Assembly: GCA_913049555.1 (NCBI GenBank)
Contig: CAJWYM010000002.1
Span: 26,142 to 90,141 of the forward strand
Length of the DNA: 64,000 bases
DNA from: an uncultured Opitutia bacterium
GTDB taxonomy: Bacteria; Verrucomicrobiota; Verrucomicrobiia; Opitutales; CAJWYM01
Reading direction: 5' to 3'
Part shown: positions 28,719 to 37,929 of the stretch, piece by piece
Position numbering within the stretch: the first letter of the stretch is position 1
How the letters are laid out: each line of letters opens with the position of its first letter
Notes under the pieces: model-generated
What the model saw: the letters and a program-made list of their open reading frames with translations, nothing else
Databases searched by the model: none
Told to the model about the DNA's origin: nothing
Made by a program: the position numbers and the translations under genes

Positions 28719-29224
28719 TGAATCCACTTCTATTTTTAAGAGGGGTTCCTGTATGAACTCTTAAGAAATTTAATTTTATAAGAGTCACTAACCTCCGTAT
28801 AAAAATATAAAAAACATGCAAGATAATTGATTCACTTGATCCAATCTCTCTCGCGATGCGAGGTGGCTAAAAAAATAAGAATGCTCAGCGCATAAAGGAG
28901 AGGAAACATGAAAGAGTCTCCATTCCGCTTTGAACCGAATCTGTTAGATATGAAGTTCTTTTTTGGCAATGAATCTAATACGGTCCATGCGAAAACTTGA
29001 ACTTTTGGTTCGATGTTATTCTTATAACCCTAAAATTTCCGACCTTTACAGGTCTGTTTCATAAATTGTGCAACTGAAAAATTCTTGAATTGAAAAACAA
29101 TTCTTCAATTTAAAGTTAAAATAACTTTATAAGAACCGCATTTTGAGCCAAAAACCAATCCTTTAATAGACCCTTATTATTAGATTGTTTGTAAGGTTCT
29201 TCAATTGTAATGTGAGGACATTCA

Positions 29225-29827
29225 ATGAAAACGCATAAATTCAAATCTAAATCTCCATTTATATTAGCCTCTAGTTCTCCAAGAAGAATACAGTTATTGA
29301 AAACGATTTTAAAGGATTTTGAGGTGATTCCTTCCTCTGCTGAAGAAATTCAACCTGGCACATTCAAACCAGAGAATTTGGTCATTAAAAATGCGGATAT
29401 AAAGTGTATTGGAATTGCTAAAAAATATCCGAATTGTTGGGTATTAGGATCAGATACATTGGTTGCATTGGAGGATTTAGTATTAGGAAAACCAAATGAT
29501 TTTGAGGATGCAGTTCAGACACTTTCAAAACTTTCGGGAAAAACAAATCAAGTATTTACCGGGATTTCACTGAGAAATCAAAGCTTGGGTATCAAAAGAA
29601 TACTTGCGATTGAATCATTGGTTTACTTTAAAAGAATAACAATGAGTGAGATTTATCAATACTTCGATCTTGTCAACCCATTGGACAAAGCGGGATCCTA
29701 TGCTATTCAAGAACATCCTACACGAATTATCGAAAAATATGAGGGGTCTTTGAACAATATCATAGGCCTGCCTACAGAACAATTGGCTGACCTATTTTTA
29801 GAATACAGCGACTTTTCTAAAGAATAA
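29225..29827 (+). CDS. maf: Maf-family nucleoside triphosphate pyrophosphatase
   Basis: 200-aa ORF with ILASSSPRR..LL, the GSDT block, and a C-terminal GAYAIQ-like SYAIQE. Confidence 0.9.
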   Translation: MKTHKFKSKSPFILASSSPRRIQLLKTILKDFEVIPSSAEEIQPGTFKPENLVIKNADIKCIGIAKKYPNCWVLGSDTLVALEDLVLGKPNDFEDAVQTLSKLSGKTNQVFTGISLRNQSLGIKRILAIESLVYFKRITMSEIYQYFDLVNPLDKAGSYAIQEHPTRIIEKYEGSLNNIIGLPTEQLADLFLEYSDFSKE

Positions 29828-30644
29828 GATTTTTAATCGAAGTGCTTTTTTATAAGGGAATAGAAATGACTTTCTTTGACATTCTCTACCAGACAATATG
29901 TGCAAGATTATACATGATGTCTGTTGGCATAGGACCTAAAAGAAAGTTGTATTCAGGTTCAAGACCTGAGACTACATAAAGATCGATTAGACCGACTAGT
30001 TTTTGCTGAGCTTGTAAGATAGAAGAAAGCATAATTTTTTAATAAATGAGAGAATTAGTAAGGTGAGAAAGGGTGGAAAATCGTAAAGAAATGGGAAGAA
30101 AGAAAGTTGAAAATTTTAAAAGTTGAAAATGAGATCTAATAGAAAAAAACCATACATAAAAAATTGAATTCTCTTAAAAAGGCAGCAGAAAGCCACTGAT
30201 TATTAAAGGTTCATCAATCCAAGGGAGATATTAAGAACGTTTCATTATGGAACTCAAAAATCCAAAAAGAAATGTACTGACAAAGAAATTGGAGGTTTAT
30301 TTTAAAAAGCAAACATACGTATATGATATGAAGTAGGGATGATGTGAAGGGTATTGTGTAAAATTTACTCTAAGTAAATGAGACTTTTATTGCTTCTGCA
30401 ATTATAAAATTATCTTTTTCTATTATTTTAAGTATTGTAAGTTCTAGTGGGTTTCAAATGAGTGCCCTATTTTTCCATAAAAATATCAACTCCATTTCTA
30501 GTTTCCCAAATTGTTTTTCATTTTAATTAGAATTTCTTTTTTTCATTGTCGCTTTAGGACAGTTTTGTGGCGAACCTTAACATTGTAAATAAAGCCATTT
30601 TTGTTAAAATGCTTCACTCTCATCTCTATCACATTCAATATTCT

Positions 30645-32348
30645 ATGAAAAAAAATTCTTTCACTCTTTTAATTCTGTGTTTTCTTTCTCTGATTTTGTA
30701 TCCCACTCTAAATGGCGAAGATGCATCGACTCCCAATATTATTGTGATCTATGCGGATGATCTCGGTTATGCTGATTCTTCCGTTCAAATGATGGCATCG
30801 GACCCATCGACTAAGCATCCTTTCATTCTTACTCCCGGACTTGATCGATTAGCTAAAATCGGGGCTCGCTTCACCTCTGCTTATTCTCCCTCTCCGACCT
30901 GCACTGCCTCACGAGTAAGTATTCAGTTTGGTCAATCGACTGCAAAAATCCAGTATCGAAATGTATTCGATGTATTTTCCTCTGTGCAACGACCAAACGG
31001 ATATGATACAGAGATAACCGTTGCAGACATGTTTAAAGAATCTGGTAAAAATTATAGAACAGCCCATTTTGGTAAAGGTTGCAGTATTATCGGACGTTTT
31101 GATGAGTCTGGTTATGATGTAACGGATGAAAATCCTGGAGAAATCGGTGGCAATGGGAATGCACACGGCTCCTATTGGGATCCCATTTCTGAAAAGACCC
31201 CATTTCCGCCGGACAATCCCAAGAGGATGTATTCGCTAATGCGAGATTCTGTTGATTTTATAAATAAAAATTGCGGAAAAAATCCTTTTTTTATGATGGT
31301 TTCTCACTATGCACCTCATATTCCTTTTTATTGCACAGATGAGGTATTTGAACGAAACAAAAAGCGCTGGATTGAGCAGGGTCGAGATTCCACTGGAATT
31401 GACAATAAAAGATCTCCTGTCAGCAAGAAAATTCTCTACGCTTCTATGGTTGAGGAGATGGATTTAACTTTGGTGGCAATTTTAGATACTCTAGAAGCCA
31501 AAGGTGCTCTTGATAACACCTATATTATTTTTACATCTGACAATGGTGGTGGGTTTGCGGATCGTCGTGATATTGACGGAGAGTTGCGAAGATTTAATGG
31601 TCCTTTACAAGAGGGCAAACGATCTATTTATGAAGGAGGAATTCGGGTTCCAACTCTTATCTCGGGACCCTTGATTCAGCCTGGCTCTGAGTGCAATGTC
31701 CCGATTGTTCAATGGGATTTCCTTCCTACTTTCCATGATTTAATTGGAAGTGAAGCTCCGATCCCACCAAATTCAGATGGGGGAAGTTTGAAAGATGTTT
31801 TTGAAAAAGGGAATCAGGGTAAGGTGAAGCGAGTAGCCCCTGGAATCATTCACCATTATACTTGTCATTATCATCCGCCAATAAGCTCTATTATATTGGG
31901 GGATTATAAGCTCATGCGCCATTTAAACACAGGTGAATTTAAACTCTTCAACATTAAGACCGACTATCGCGAAGAAATTAATTTAGCTGCTGAGATGCCG
32001 GAAAAAGTTAAAGACATGGATCGTACTTGCAGGGAGTATGTGGAGCATGTCAACGGAGGAACTGCTGAGGAAGTTCGACAAGCTCACCATGCACTGTTGG
32101 ATATATTTAACAATCAATCTATTCAAGGATATAAAAAGAAAGTATCTGCTCTGAAAGAACAAAATCTCCCTGATTTTGAAACAAAGAAAGAGGAGTTGCT
32201 TAAAAACTTGAATAAAAGTTTGTTCAAAAATCAAATCAGTAAAGAGAAGACAAACATCCATCGGGATTTAGATTCTTGGAGAGAAGGTCCTGGCGTAAAA
32301 GAAGCGAAAACGTTGGCACTTGCCGGATGGGTAGATTTTGTGGATTGA
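30645..32348 (+). CDS. Cys-type sulfatase with C-x-A-x-R signature variant and a K/E-rich C-terminal extension
   Basis: Start placed at ATG 30645 (MKKNSFTLLILCFLSLIL, a signal peptide) rather than the GTG at 30567. Contains IIVIYADDLGYAD, CTASRVSIQFG and SDNGGG. The last ~100 aa are a charged helical tail. Confidence 0.85.
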   Translation: MKKNSFTLLILCFLSLILYPTLNGEDASTPNIIVIYADDLGYADSSVQMMASDPSTKHPFILTPGLDRLAKIGARFTSAYSPSPTCTASRVSIQFGQSTAKIQYRNVFDVFSSVQRPNGYDTEITVADMFKESGKNYRTAHFGKGCSIIGRFDESGYDVTDENPGEIGGNGNAHGSYWDPISEKTPFPPDNPKRMYSLMRDSVDFINKNCGKNPFFMMVSHYAPHIPFYCTDEVFERNKKRWIEQGRDSTGIDNKRSPVSKKILYASMVEEMDLTLVAILDTLEAKGALDNTYIIFTSDNGGGFADRRDIDGELRRFNGPLQEGKRSIYEGGIRVPTLISGPLIQPGSECNVPIVQWDFLPTFHDLIGSEAPIPPNSDGGSLKDVFEKGNQGKVKRVAPGIIHHYTCHYHPPISSIILGDYKLMRHLNTGEFKLFNIKTDYREEINLAAEMPEKVKDMDRTCREYVEHVNGGTAEEVRQAHHALLDIFNNQSIQGYKKKVSALKEQNLPDFETKKEELLKNLNKSLFKNQISKEKTNIHRDLDSWREGPGVKEAKTLALAGWVDFVD

Positions 32349-32511
32349 AGTTTCTTTTTTGGATCCTGATACGTTTTTAATTTTCTGCTCTTCTCTATCC
32401 GTAAAACAAGCGATTTAAAAATGTTAGGGTTGCCATTTAAAGGTTTGTCTATGTTCCTTCATTTGAGATAATGTTGGATCCTTCCGATCTAATAAAAGTA
32501 TTATTTAGTAT

Positions 32512-33480
32512 ATGAATACATTCAAAAGTGAATTGAATAAGGTCAACGCAGTCAGAGAAGAAGTTGGTCGAGTGATTGTTGGTATGGAAAACTTGATCAA
32601 TCGTTTGTTGATTGGGGTTCTATGCGGGGGTCATGTTTTGGTTGAGGGAGCTCCTGGTTTAGCAAAAACGATGACAATACGAACCTTGTCTCGTGCATTG
32701 GGAATCAGTTTTTCAAGAATCCAGTTTACTCCTGATTTATTGCCTGGCGACTTAATCGGGACTCTTGTCTACAATCAAGGTACTGGAGACTTTATGCCTC
32801 ACTTGGGACCTGTATTTGCCAACATGGTTTTAGCGGATGAAATCAATCGATCTCCTGCTAAAGTTCAAAGTGCATTGCTTGAGGCGATGGAAGAAAAACA
32901 GGTTACAATTGGGAATAAAAGTTATTCGCTAGATGAGCCTTTTCTTGTGTTAGCTACTCAAAATCCTGTGGAGCAGGAAGGGACTTATCCATTGCCTGAA
33001 GCCCAACTGGATCGATTTATGTTTAAGGTATTGATCGATTATCCAACGATTGAACAAGAGGAAGAAGTTTTATCTCGGATGGCCAAAATGGGCAGTTCTA
33101 TTGAAGTCCACAAAGTATTAGAGGGTGAGTCTATTTTACAAATCAGGAAGTTGATCGATACGATTCATTTGCATGAAGATTTGAATAAGTATGTAGTTCG
33201 ACTTGTGGATGCAACTAGAAATCCGGATTCCTACGGGCTGGGCTCTTTAAAAAAATACATACGTTATGGTGTTTCACCGAGGGCCAGTTTGGCAATGATC
33301 CGTTCGGCAAGAGCTTTTGCATTTTTACAAGGTCGAGAATATGCAACTCCTTCAGATGTCAAAGAGATCTCTAAAGATGTCATGAGGCATAGAATTATTT
33401 TAAACTATAAAGCAGAAGCCGAGGGGGTCGATGCTGAGGATGTAATCAGTAAAATTTTACAAGAAGTTCCAATGAGCTGA
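32512..33480 (+). CDS. MoxR-family AAA+ ATPase
   Basis: 322-aa ORF with Walker A GAPGLAKT, Walker B LADEINR, and ATQNP..EGTYPLPEAQLDRF. Confidence 0.92.
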   Translation: MNTFKSELNKVNAVREEVGRVIVGMENLINRLLIGVLCGGHVLVEGAPGLAKTMTIRTLSRALGISFSRIQFTPDLLPGDLIGTLVYNQGTGDFMPHLGPVFANMVLADEINRSPAKVQSALLEAMEEKQVTIGNKSYSLDEPFLVLATQNPVEQEGTYPLPEAQLDRFMFKVLIDYPTIEQEEEVLSRMAKMGSSIEVHKVLEGESILQIRKLIDTIHLHEDLNKYVVRLVDATRNPDSYGLGSLKKYIRYGVSPRASLAMIRSARAFAFLQGREYATPSDVKEISKDVMRHRIILNYKAEAEGVDAEDVISKILQEVPMS

Positions 33481-33512
33481 ATCCTAATCAATCTTTTTAC
33501 CATTTCGCTGCT

Positions 33513-34412
33513 ATGACTGAAGGTTTCTTAGATCAGGATCTACAAAGACGTTTTCGTCAAATTGAAGTTTTTGTTCGTGAACGTGTCAATGATTTGTTTT
33601 CTGGTGATTTCATGAGTCACTTTAAGGGTTCTGGAATGGAATTTGAGGATGTACGAGAGTATATGGCAGGCGATGATGTTCGTTCTATGGATTGGAATAT
33701 TACCGCAAGAACAGGAACTCCGCATATTCGGCAATTCATGGATCGCAGAGAGTTGAGCCTCTATTTTTTAATCGATGTTTCAGCTTCTACATTTTTTGGT
33801 AGCGGAGATTTAAAAAAAAGGGATGAACTGATAAGATTGTTTGCTCTTTTAGGCTCTGCAGCTTCTCACAAGCAAAACAATGTAGGTATGATTGCTTTTT
33901 CCGATAGGATTGAGGGGGTGAGGAAGGCTGTAAAAGGAATGAGAAATGTTTTGAGAATTGCTCATGACTTACTGGAGTTGGAACCGAGGGGTCAAGGCAC
34001 CTCCATTAAACTTGCATTGGATGAGCTGATGCATATGCGAAAAGGCAGATGTGTCGTGATTTTATTGTCGGATCTTTGGGCCAATGATTACCATGAAAGT
34101 TTACAAATGATCCATCATTTGCATGATTTTATTAGTATTCGCTTTTTAGACAAAAGAGAGCAAAACCTTCCATCCTCTGGAGCTTTCGTCATTAATGATT
34201 TGGAAAAGGGATCGGAAATTTCAATTGATTGTTCCAGCAAAGAACAAAGAGCGGAGGTTGAGAATGGATTTGTTTCTTCTAAAGATAAAAAAAATCGTTT
34301 GTTTCAGAATTTAGGAATGGATTATCTGGACCTCGTGAGTGATGAAGACCTTGTGAGCAACCTGCAACATTTTTTTGCGCAAAGAAAAGATAGGATTGCA
34401 AATGGAAGGTAA
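33513..34412 (+). CDS. DUF58-family protein (MoxR partner, VWA-like)
   Basis: 299-aa ORF with the AGDDVRSMDWNITARTG signature typical of DUF58. It lies immediately after MoxR. Confidence 0.88.
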   Translation: MTEGFLDQDLQRRFRQIEVFVRERVNDLFSGDFMSHFKGSGMEFEDVREYMAGDDVRSMDWNITARTGTPHIRQFMDRRELSLYFLIDVSASTFFGSGDLKKRDELIRLFALLGSAASHKQNNVGMIAFSDRIEGVRKAVKGMRNVLRIAHDLLELEPRGQGTSIKLALDELMHMRKGRCVVILLSDLWANDYHESLQMIHHLHDFISIRFLDKREQNLPSSGAFVINDLEKGSEISIDCSSKEQRAEVENGFVSSKDKKNRLFQNLGMDYLDLVSDEDLVSNLQHFFAQRKDRIANGR

Positions 34413-35076
34413 TATTTCCTGTCGAGTTCTATTCTTTTTATTTTCAACCACTTTTTTACTGGCGGAAACCAATGAGAATGTTGTGCAAAGTGAGCGACTG
34501 GAAACGCGACTCTATTATTTACACGAGCCAAATGAAGAACGAGAGTGGAGTGAATTGAGTGAGATTCCGTTGGGAAAGAAGTTAAGGATAAAAATTGAAG
34601 TTTTTAGACCTGCAGGATTGGATATGCAAACGATGAAAGGTTTTAAATCCTGGGGAGATTTGAATTTAGACTTTATTTACAATGAGGGAACCTTTTATCC
34701 CGATCGGAATTTGTATTTAGACCGTTTTTATTACGACGCTTATGTGGAAAAAGTCGGGACCTTGAGCATAGATTCCCATGAAGAATTGATTCCCTCCTTT
34801 GGGTCTAGAATTAAATATTCCGTTTTCATCCCAGGTCTTGCATTTAAAAGTGTCGGTTATTTGTCGAATGAGGAATCTGAATCCTTAAAAACACCTGAGG
34901 TTGTTTTTACGGATTTTAAGATAAGGGATTTTAAAAAAATCGAAAGTTTAGACAACATTGAGAACGAAGGCATGCAATCGTTTTTTTACATGGGTCTATC
35001 GGTTGTTTTTATTTTAACTGCTCTTTCGATCACTCTTTTCAGAATCTATTCATCCAATCAAGAGGAGATGCAATGA
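34402..35076 (+). CDS. Bat-operon membrane-anchored hypothetical protein
   Basis: Start placed at ATG 34402 (MEGNISCRVLFFLFSTTFLLA, a signal peptide). It has a C-terminal TM helix (FFYMGLSVVFILTALSITLF). Its position matches the uncharacterised third gene of Bat operons. Confidence 0.55.
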   Translation: MEGNISCRVLFFLFSTTFLLAETNENVVQSERLETRLYYLHEPNEEREWSELSEIPLGKKLRIKIEVFRPAGLDMQTMKGFKSWGDLNLDFIYNEGTFYPDRNLYLDRFYYDAYVEKVGTLSIDSHEELIPSFGSRIKYSVFIPGLAFKSVGYLSNEESESLKTPEVVFTDFKIRDFKKIESLDNIENEGMQSFFYMGLSVVFILTALSITLFRIYSSNQEEMQ

Positions 35077-36101
35077 GTTTTGATAATTTCAACTGGTTCT
35101 TTGTCCTTTTGTTGGTTCCATTTTTTTTCTTTTGGGTATATCGTCGAAAAATCCCTGACTCCATCCAATACCCTCATATAGAGGAAGGATGGATTTTAAA
35201 AAAAACGTGGAGGCAGCGCTACCATGGCATTCCCTCCATTTTAATGGGTTTGGGCTTAGTTTGTCTAATTGCGATCTTGGCGAGACCTATTGAGACCATT
35301 CAAAGTTTTCGGATGCAAAGAGAGGGAATTGCAATTCAGATTGTAGTAGATATCTCCTCTAGTATGAGTCAGGATGCGGATTACAAGGACAATCAAAAGA
35401 CAAGGATGGAAGTTGCGAAAAAAGTTCTTTCCAGTTTTATCTCTGGAGATGGAGAGGAGTTGAAGGGACGAAGCAATGATCTCTTAGGAATTATTACCTT
35501 TGCCCGGTATTCAGATGTGATCTCTCCTTTGACATTTTCACATTCAGCCTTAGATCAAATGGTTGAAGATTTAGAACCGAGCGAAACACCCAATGAGGAT
35601 GGAACTGCTTATGGAGATGCAGTTGCTTTGGCGGCGGCTCGTTTGTCAAAATTGGATGAAATCAGAGGGGAAGAAATGGCGAACGTGAAAAATCGTATTA
35701 TTGTTCTTTTGACGGATGGGGAAAATAATTGCGGTCTCTATCTGCCAGATCAAGCGACCGCATTGGCTAAAGAATGGGGAATTAGAGTCTATGCAATCAG
35801 TCTTGGGGAAGCAGTATCCGTGATTACCGAAACCAAGGATGGGAAAAAGATCGATCTAAAAAGTAGTGAGAACCCCTTGGAGAGGATGGCCGCTTACACG
35901 GGAGGCATTTTTCGAACGGCCCATGATTATGAATCTTTAAAAGGAGTCTATGCAGAAATTGATCGTCTAGAAAAAAGCCAAATTAAGGAAGAGGACTTTT
36001 CCTATGAGGCGGATTCATCCCGTGTGTTTTTCCTTTTGAGTCTTCTTTTTTTGATCAGTGGTCTCTGGTTAAAAGCTACCAAGTTTAGGGGGGTTCATTA
36101 G
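35073..36101 (+). CDS. batA: BatA-like membrane VWA-domain protein
   Basis: 342-aa ORF whose start overlaps the upstream stop (ATGA). It has N-terminal TM helices, the MIDAS motif VVDISSSM, LLTDGENN, and a C-terminal TM helix. Confidence 0.85.
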   Translation: MSFDNFNWFFVLLLVPFFFFWVYRRKIPDSIQYPHIEEGWILKKTWRQRYHGIPSILMGLGLVCLIAILARPIETIQSFRMQREGIAIQIVVDISSSMSQDADYKDNQKTRMEVAKKVLSSFISGDGEELKGRSNDLLGIITFARYSDVISPLTFSHSALDQMVEDLEPSETPNEDGTAYGDAVALAAARLSKLDEIRGEEMANVKNRIIVLLTDGENNCGLYLPDQATALAKEWGIRVYAISLGEAVSVITETKDGKKIDLKSSENPLERMAAYTGGIFRTAHDYESLKGVYAEIDRLEKSQIKEEDFSYEADSSRVFFLLSLLFLISGLWLKATKFRGVH

Positions 36102-36106
36102 TTGTT

Positions 36107-37903
36107 ATGATTGATGTGAGTTCCCATCCTTCTTTTCGTTTTGCGGAGCCAGAATGGCTTTATCTTTTGCCATTTATAATTATTCCTTGGCTTCTCTGGA
36201 AACACTTTCAAAAAGCGAGGCAACGAGAAATAGCCATTTTCGTCGGTAATCAGGAAGCTAAAAGAGTGTCGAAGAGAGTGTGGCACAAATCCAGTGCTCT
36301 CCTTCAAGTTTTTTCTTTTTTATCCATTGTTTTGGGACTCGCCGGTCCTGAGATCAATCCCCATTCGCACCCTCTAAGTGTCAATGGTAGAGATGTCCTG
36401 TTTCTCTTGGACATTTCTAGGAGCATGTTAGCTGAGGATATGAAACCAAATCGTCTTGAAAGGGCGAAATTAGCAATTCGTGAAAGTGTGGATAACAACG
36501 AATTTCAAAGGATAGGATTGGTGGTTTATGCAGGTTCATCGGTTGTAAAATGTCCCCTTACTACGGATTATGATTTTTTTAAATCTGTTTTAAAAAAGGT
36601 ATCGATTCATGATGTTCCCATTGGAGGAACCCGAATTTCAGATGCTATCAAAAAGGTGTGCGACAAGGTATACGATCAAGAGGTAAACAGTTTTCGTGAT
36701 TTGATTTTAATAACAGACGGTGAAGACCATGCCGCAGAACTTTCTGTATCTACCATGTTAGATGAAAAAAAAGTAAATTTAATTGTCTTGGGGGTTGGAG
36801 ATAAGGAACAGGGAAGTAGGATCCCAGAGGCTGGAAGTTTAAAGACTTATTTGACGCATGAAGGGGCTGAGGTTTGGACACGCTTGAATGAAGACGCGCT
36901 GAGGGATTTAGCTAAAAGTTGTGAAAAAGGGATTTATATCTCTGTGGGTCGAAAAAATTATGATCTCTATGAGATTTATGTTCAGGCGACGAAGAATATG
37001 GAAAAAGGGGTTGTTGGAACGGACTCTGTGGTGATCTATGATTCTATTTCCCATTTTTTTGCTGCCCTATCTGCAATTGTTTTTTGCATCGCCTATGTGG
37101 ATAAGAATGGATCACAAGCGCTTGTAGCTTTATTCGTTTGTTGCCTATTAATTCCCTCGATTTCCTGTTCTGACCCTAAGTCTAGAAGGGATCATGCTGA
37201 TTTAAATGAAATGCGGGCTTTGTATGAGACTACTCAAAACTTCTCTGAGGAAACTTCAGAGTACGAAATGATAGAGACGTGGGGAAAGTTGGCAGAGCAA
37301 TTAAAAGAGACTGAGCAAATTGCAGTCGCACGATACAACATTGCCTGTGCTAATTTTAAAATTGGCACCTCGATGTATCTTGAATACGAAGGAATGATAG
37401 AGGGGGTTGGGGATCTTGATTTTGACTTTGATGAGATGGAAATGTATGATATTGAAATGATAGAGGCTCATTTCAAAGCCGTCGCAAATTCTTTCCAATC
37501 CTTAATTGCTTATCCCATTGTTTCCGAATCCGCCGGCTTTAATTATGAGATGATTCTCAAATTAATTGAATGGCTGAATCTAGAGGAAGATTTGGAAGAT
37601 CCAGAACAAGAAAACCAGAACCAGCAGCAAGAAGAAAATCAAGATCAGTCTGAGGCGGAACAAGAATCTGAGGGGCAAGACTCCGAGGAGGGTGAAAGCG
37701 ACTCAGAAATGGGTCAAGATGCTGAGAACTCAGAAATGAGTGAAGAGGAAATTGAGTCAGGTCGATACAACGCAGATGGATCTGGTTTGCCTAAACCGAC
37801 GGACAACCCCTCTAATATTTTAGAGCAATTTAAAATGCAAGAGAGCGAGCGATCTGGGAATCAAAAGAGTGGTCGTGTTCAAAAAGTAGAGAAAGATTGG
37901 TAA
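36107..37903 (+). CDS. batB: BatB-like VWA protein fused to a BatC-like TPR/acidic C-terminal region
   Basis: 598-aa ORF. TM helices are followed by the MIDAS motif LLDISRSM and LITDGEDH, then two further TM helices, a TPR-like ARYNIACANFKIG, and a long E/D/Q/S-rich tail. Confidence 0.8.
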   Translation: MIDVSSHPSFRFAEPEWLYLLPFIIIPWLLWKHFQKARQREIAIFVGNQEAKRVSKRVWHKSSALLQVFSFLSIVLGLAGPEINPHSHPLSVNGRDVLFLLDISRSMLAEDMKPNRLERAKLAIRESVDNNEFQRIGLVVYAGSSVVKCPLTTDYDFFKSVLKKVSIHDVPIGGTRISDAIKKVCDKVYDQEVNSFRDLILITDGEDHAAELSVSTMLDEKKVNLIVLGVGDKEQGSRIPEAGSLKTYLTHEGAEVWTRLNEDALRDLAKSCEKGIYISVGRKNYDLYEIYVQATKNMEKGVVGTDSVVIYDSISHFFAALSAIVFCIAYVDKNGSQALVALFVCCLLIPSISCSDPKSRRDHADLNEMRALYETTQNFSEETSEYEMIETWGKLAEQLKETEQIAVARYNIACANFKIGTSMYLEYEGMIEGVGDLDFDFDEMEMYDIEMIEAHFKAVANSFQSLIAYPIVSESAGFNYEMILKLIEWLNLEEDLEDPEQENQNQQQEENQDQSEAEQESEGQDSEEGESDSEMGQDAENSEMSEEEIESGRYNADGSGLPKPTDNPSNILEQFKMQESERSGNQKSGRVQKVEKDW

Positions 37904-37929
37904 TATATAATATTCAATGGGTTTCATTC

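Noticed and set aside
28736-28764. TTAAGAG/CTCTTAA 7-bp hairpin after the HDAC-like gene, and a bulged hairpin plus T6 after maf (29807-29851), considered as terminators
   Set aside because: The first has an all-AT-rich stem and no U-tract. The second needs a bulge and a ~25-nt loop. Neither is strong enough to report as a feature.
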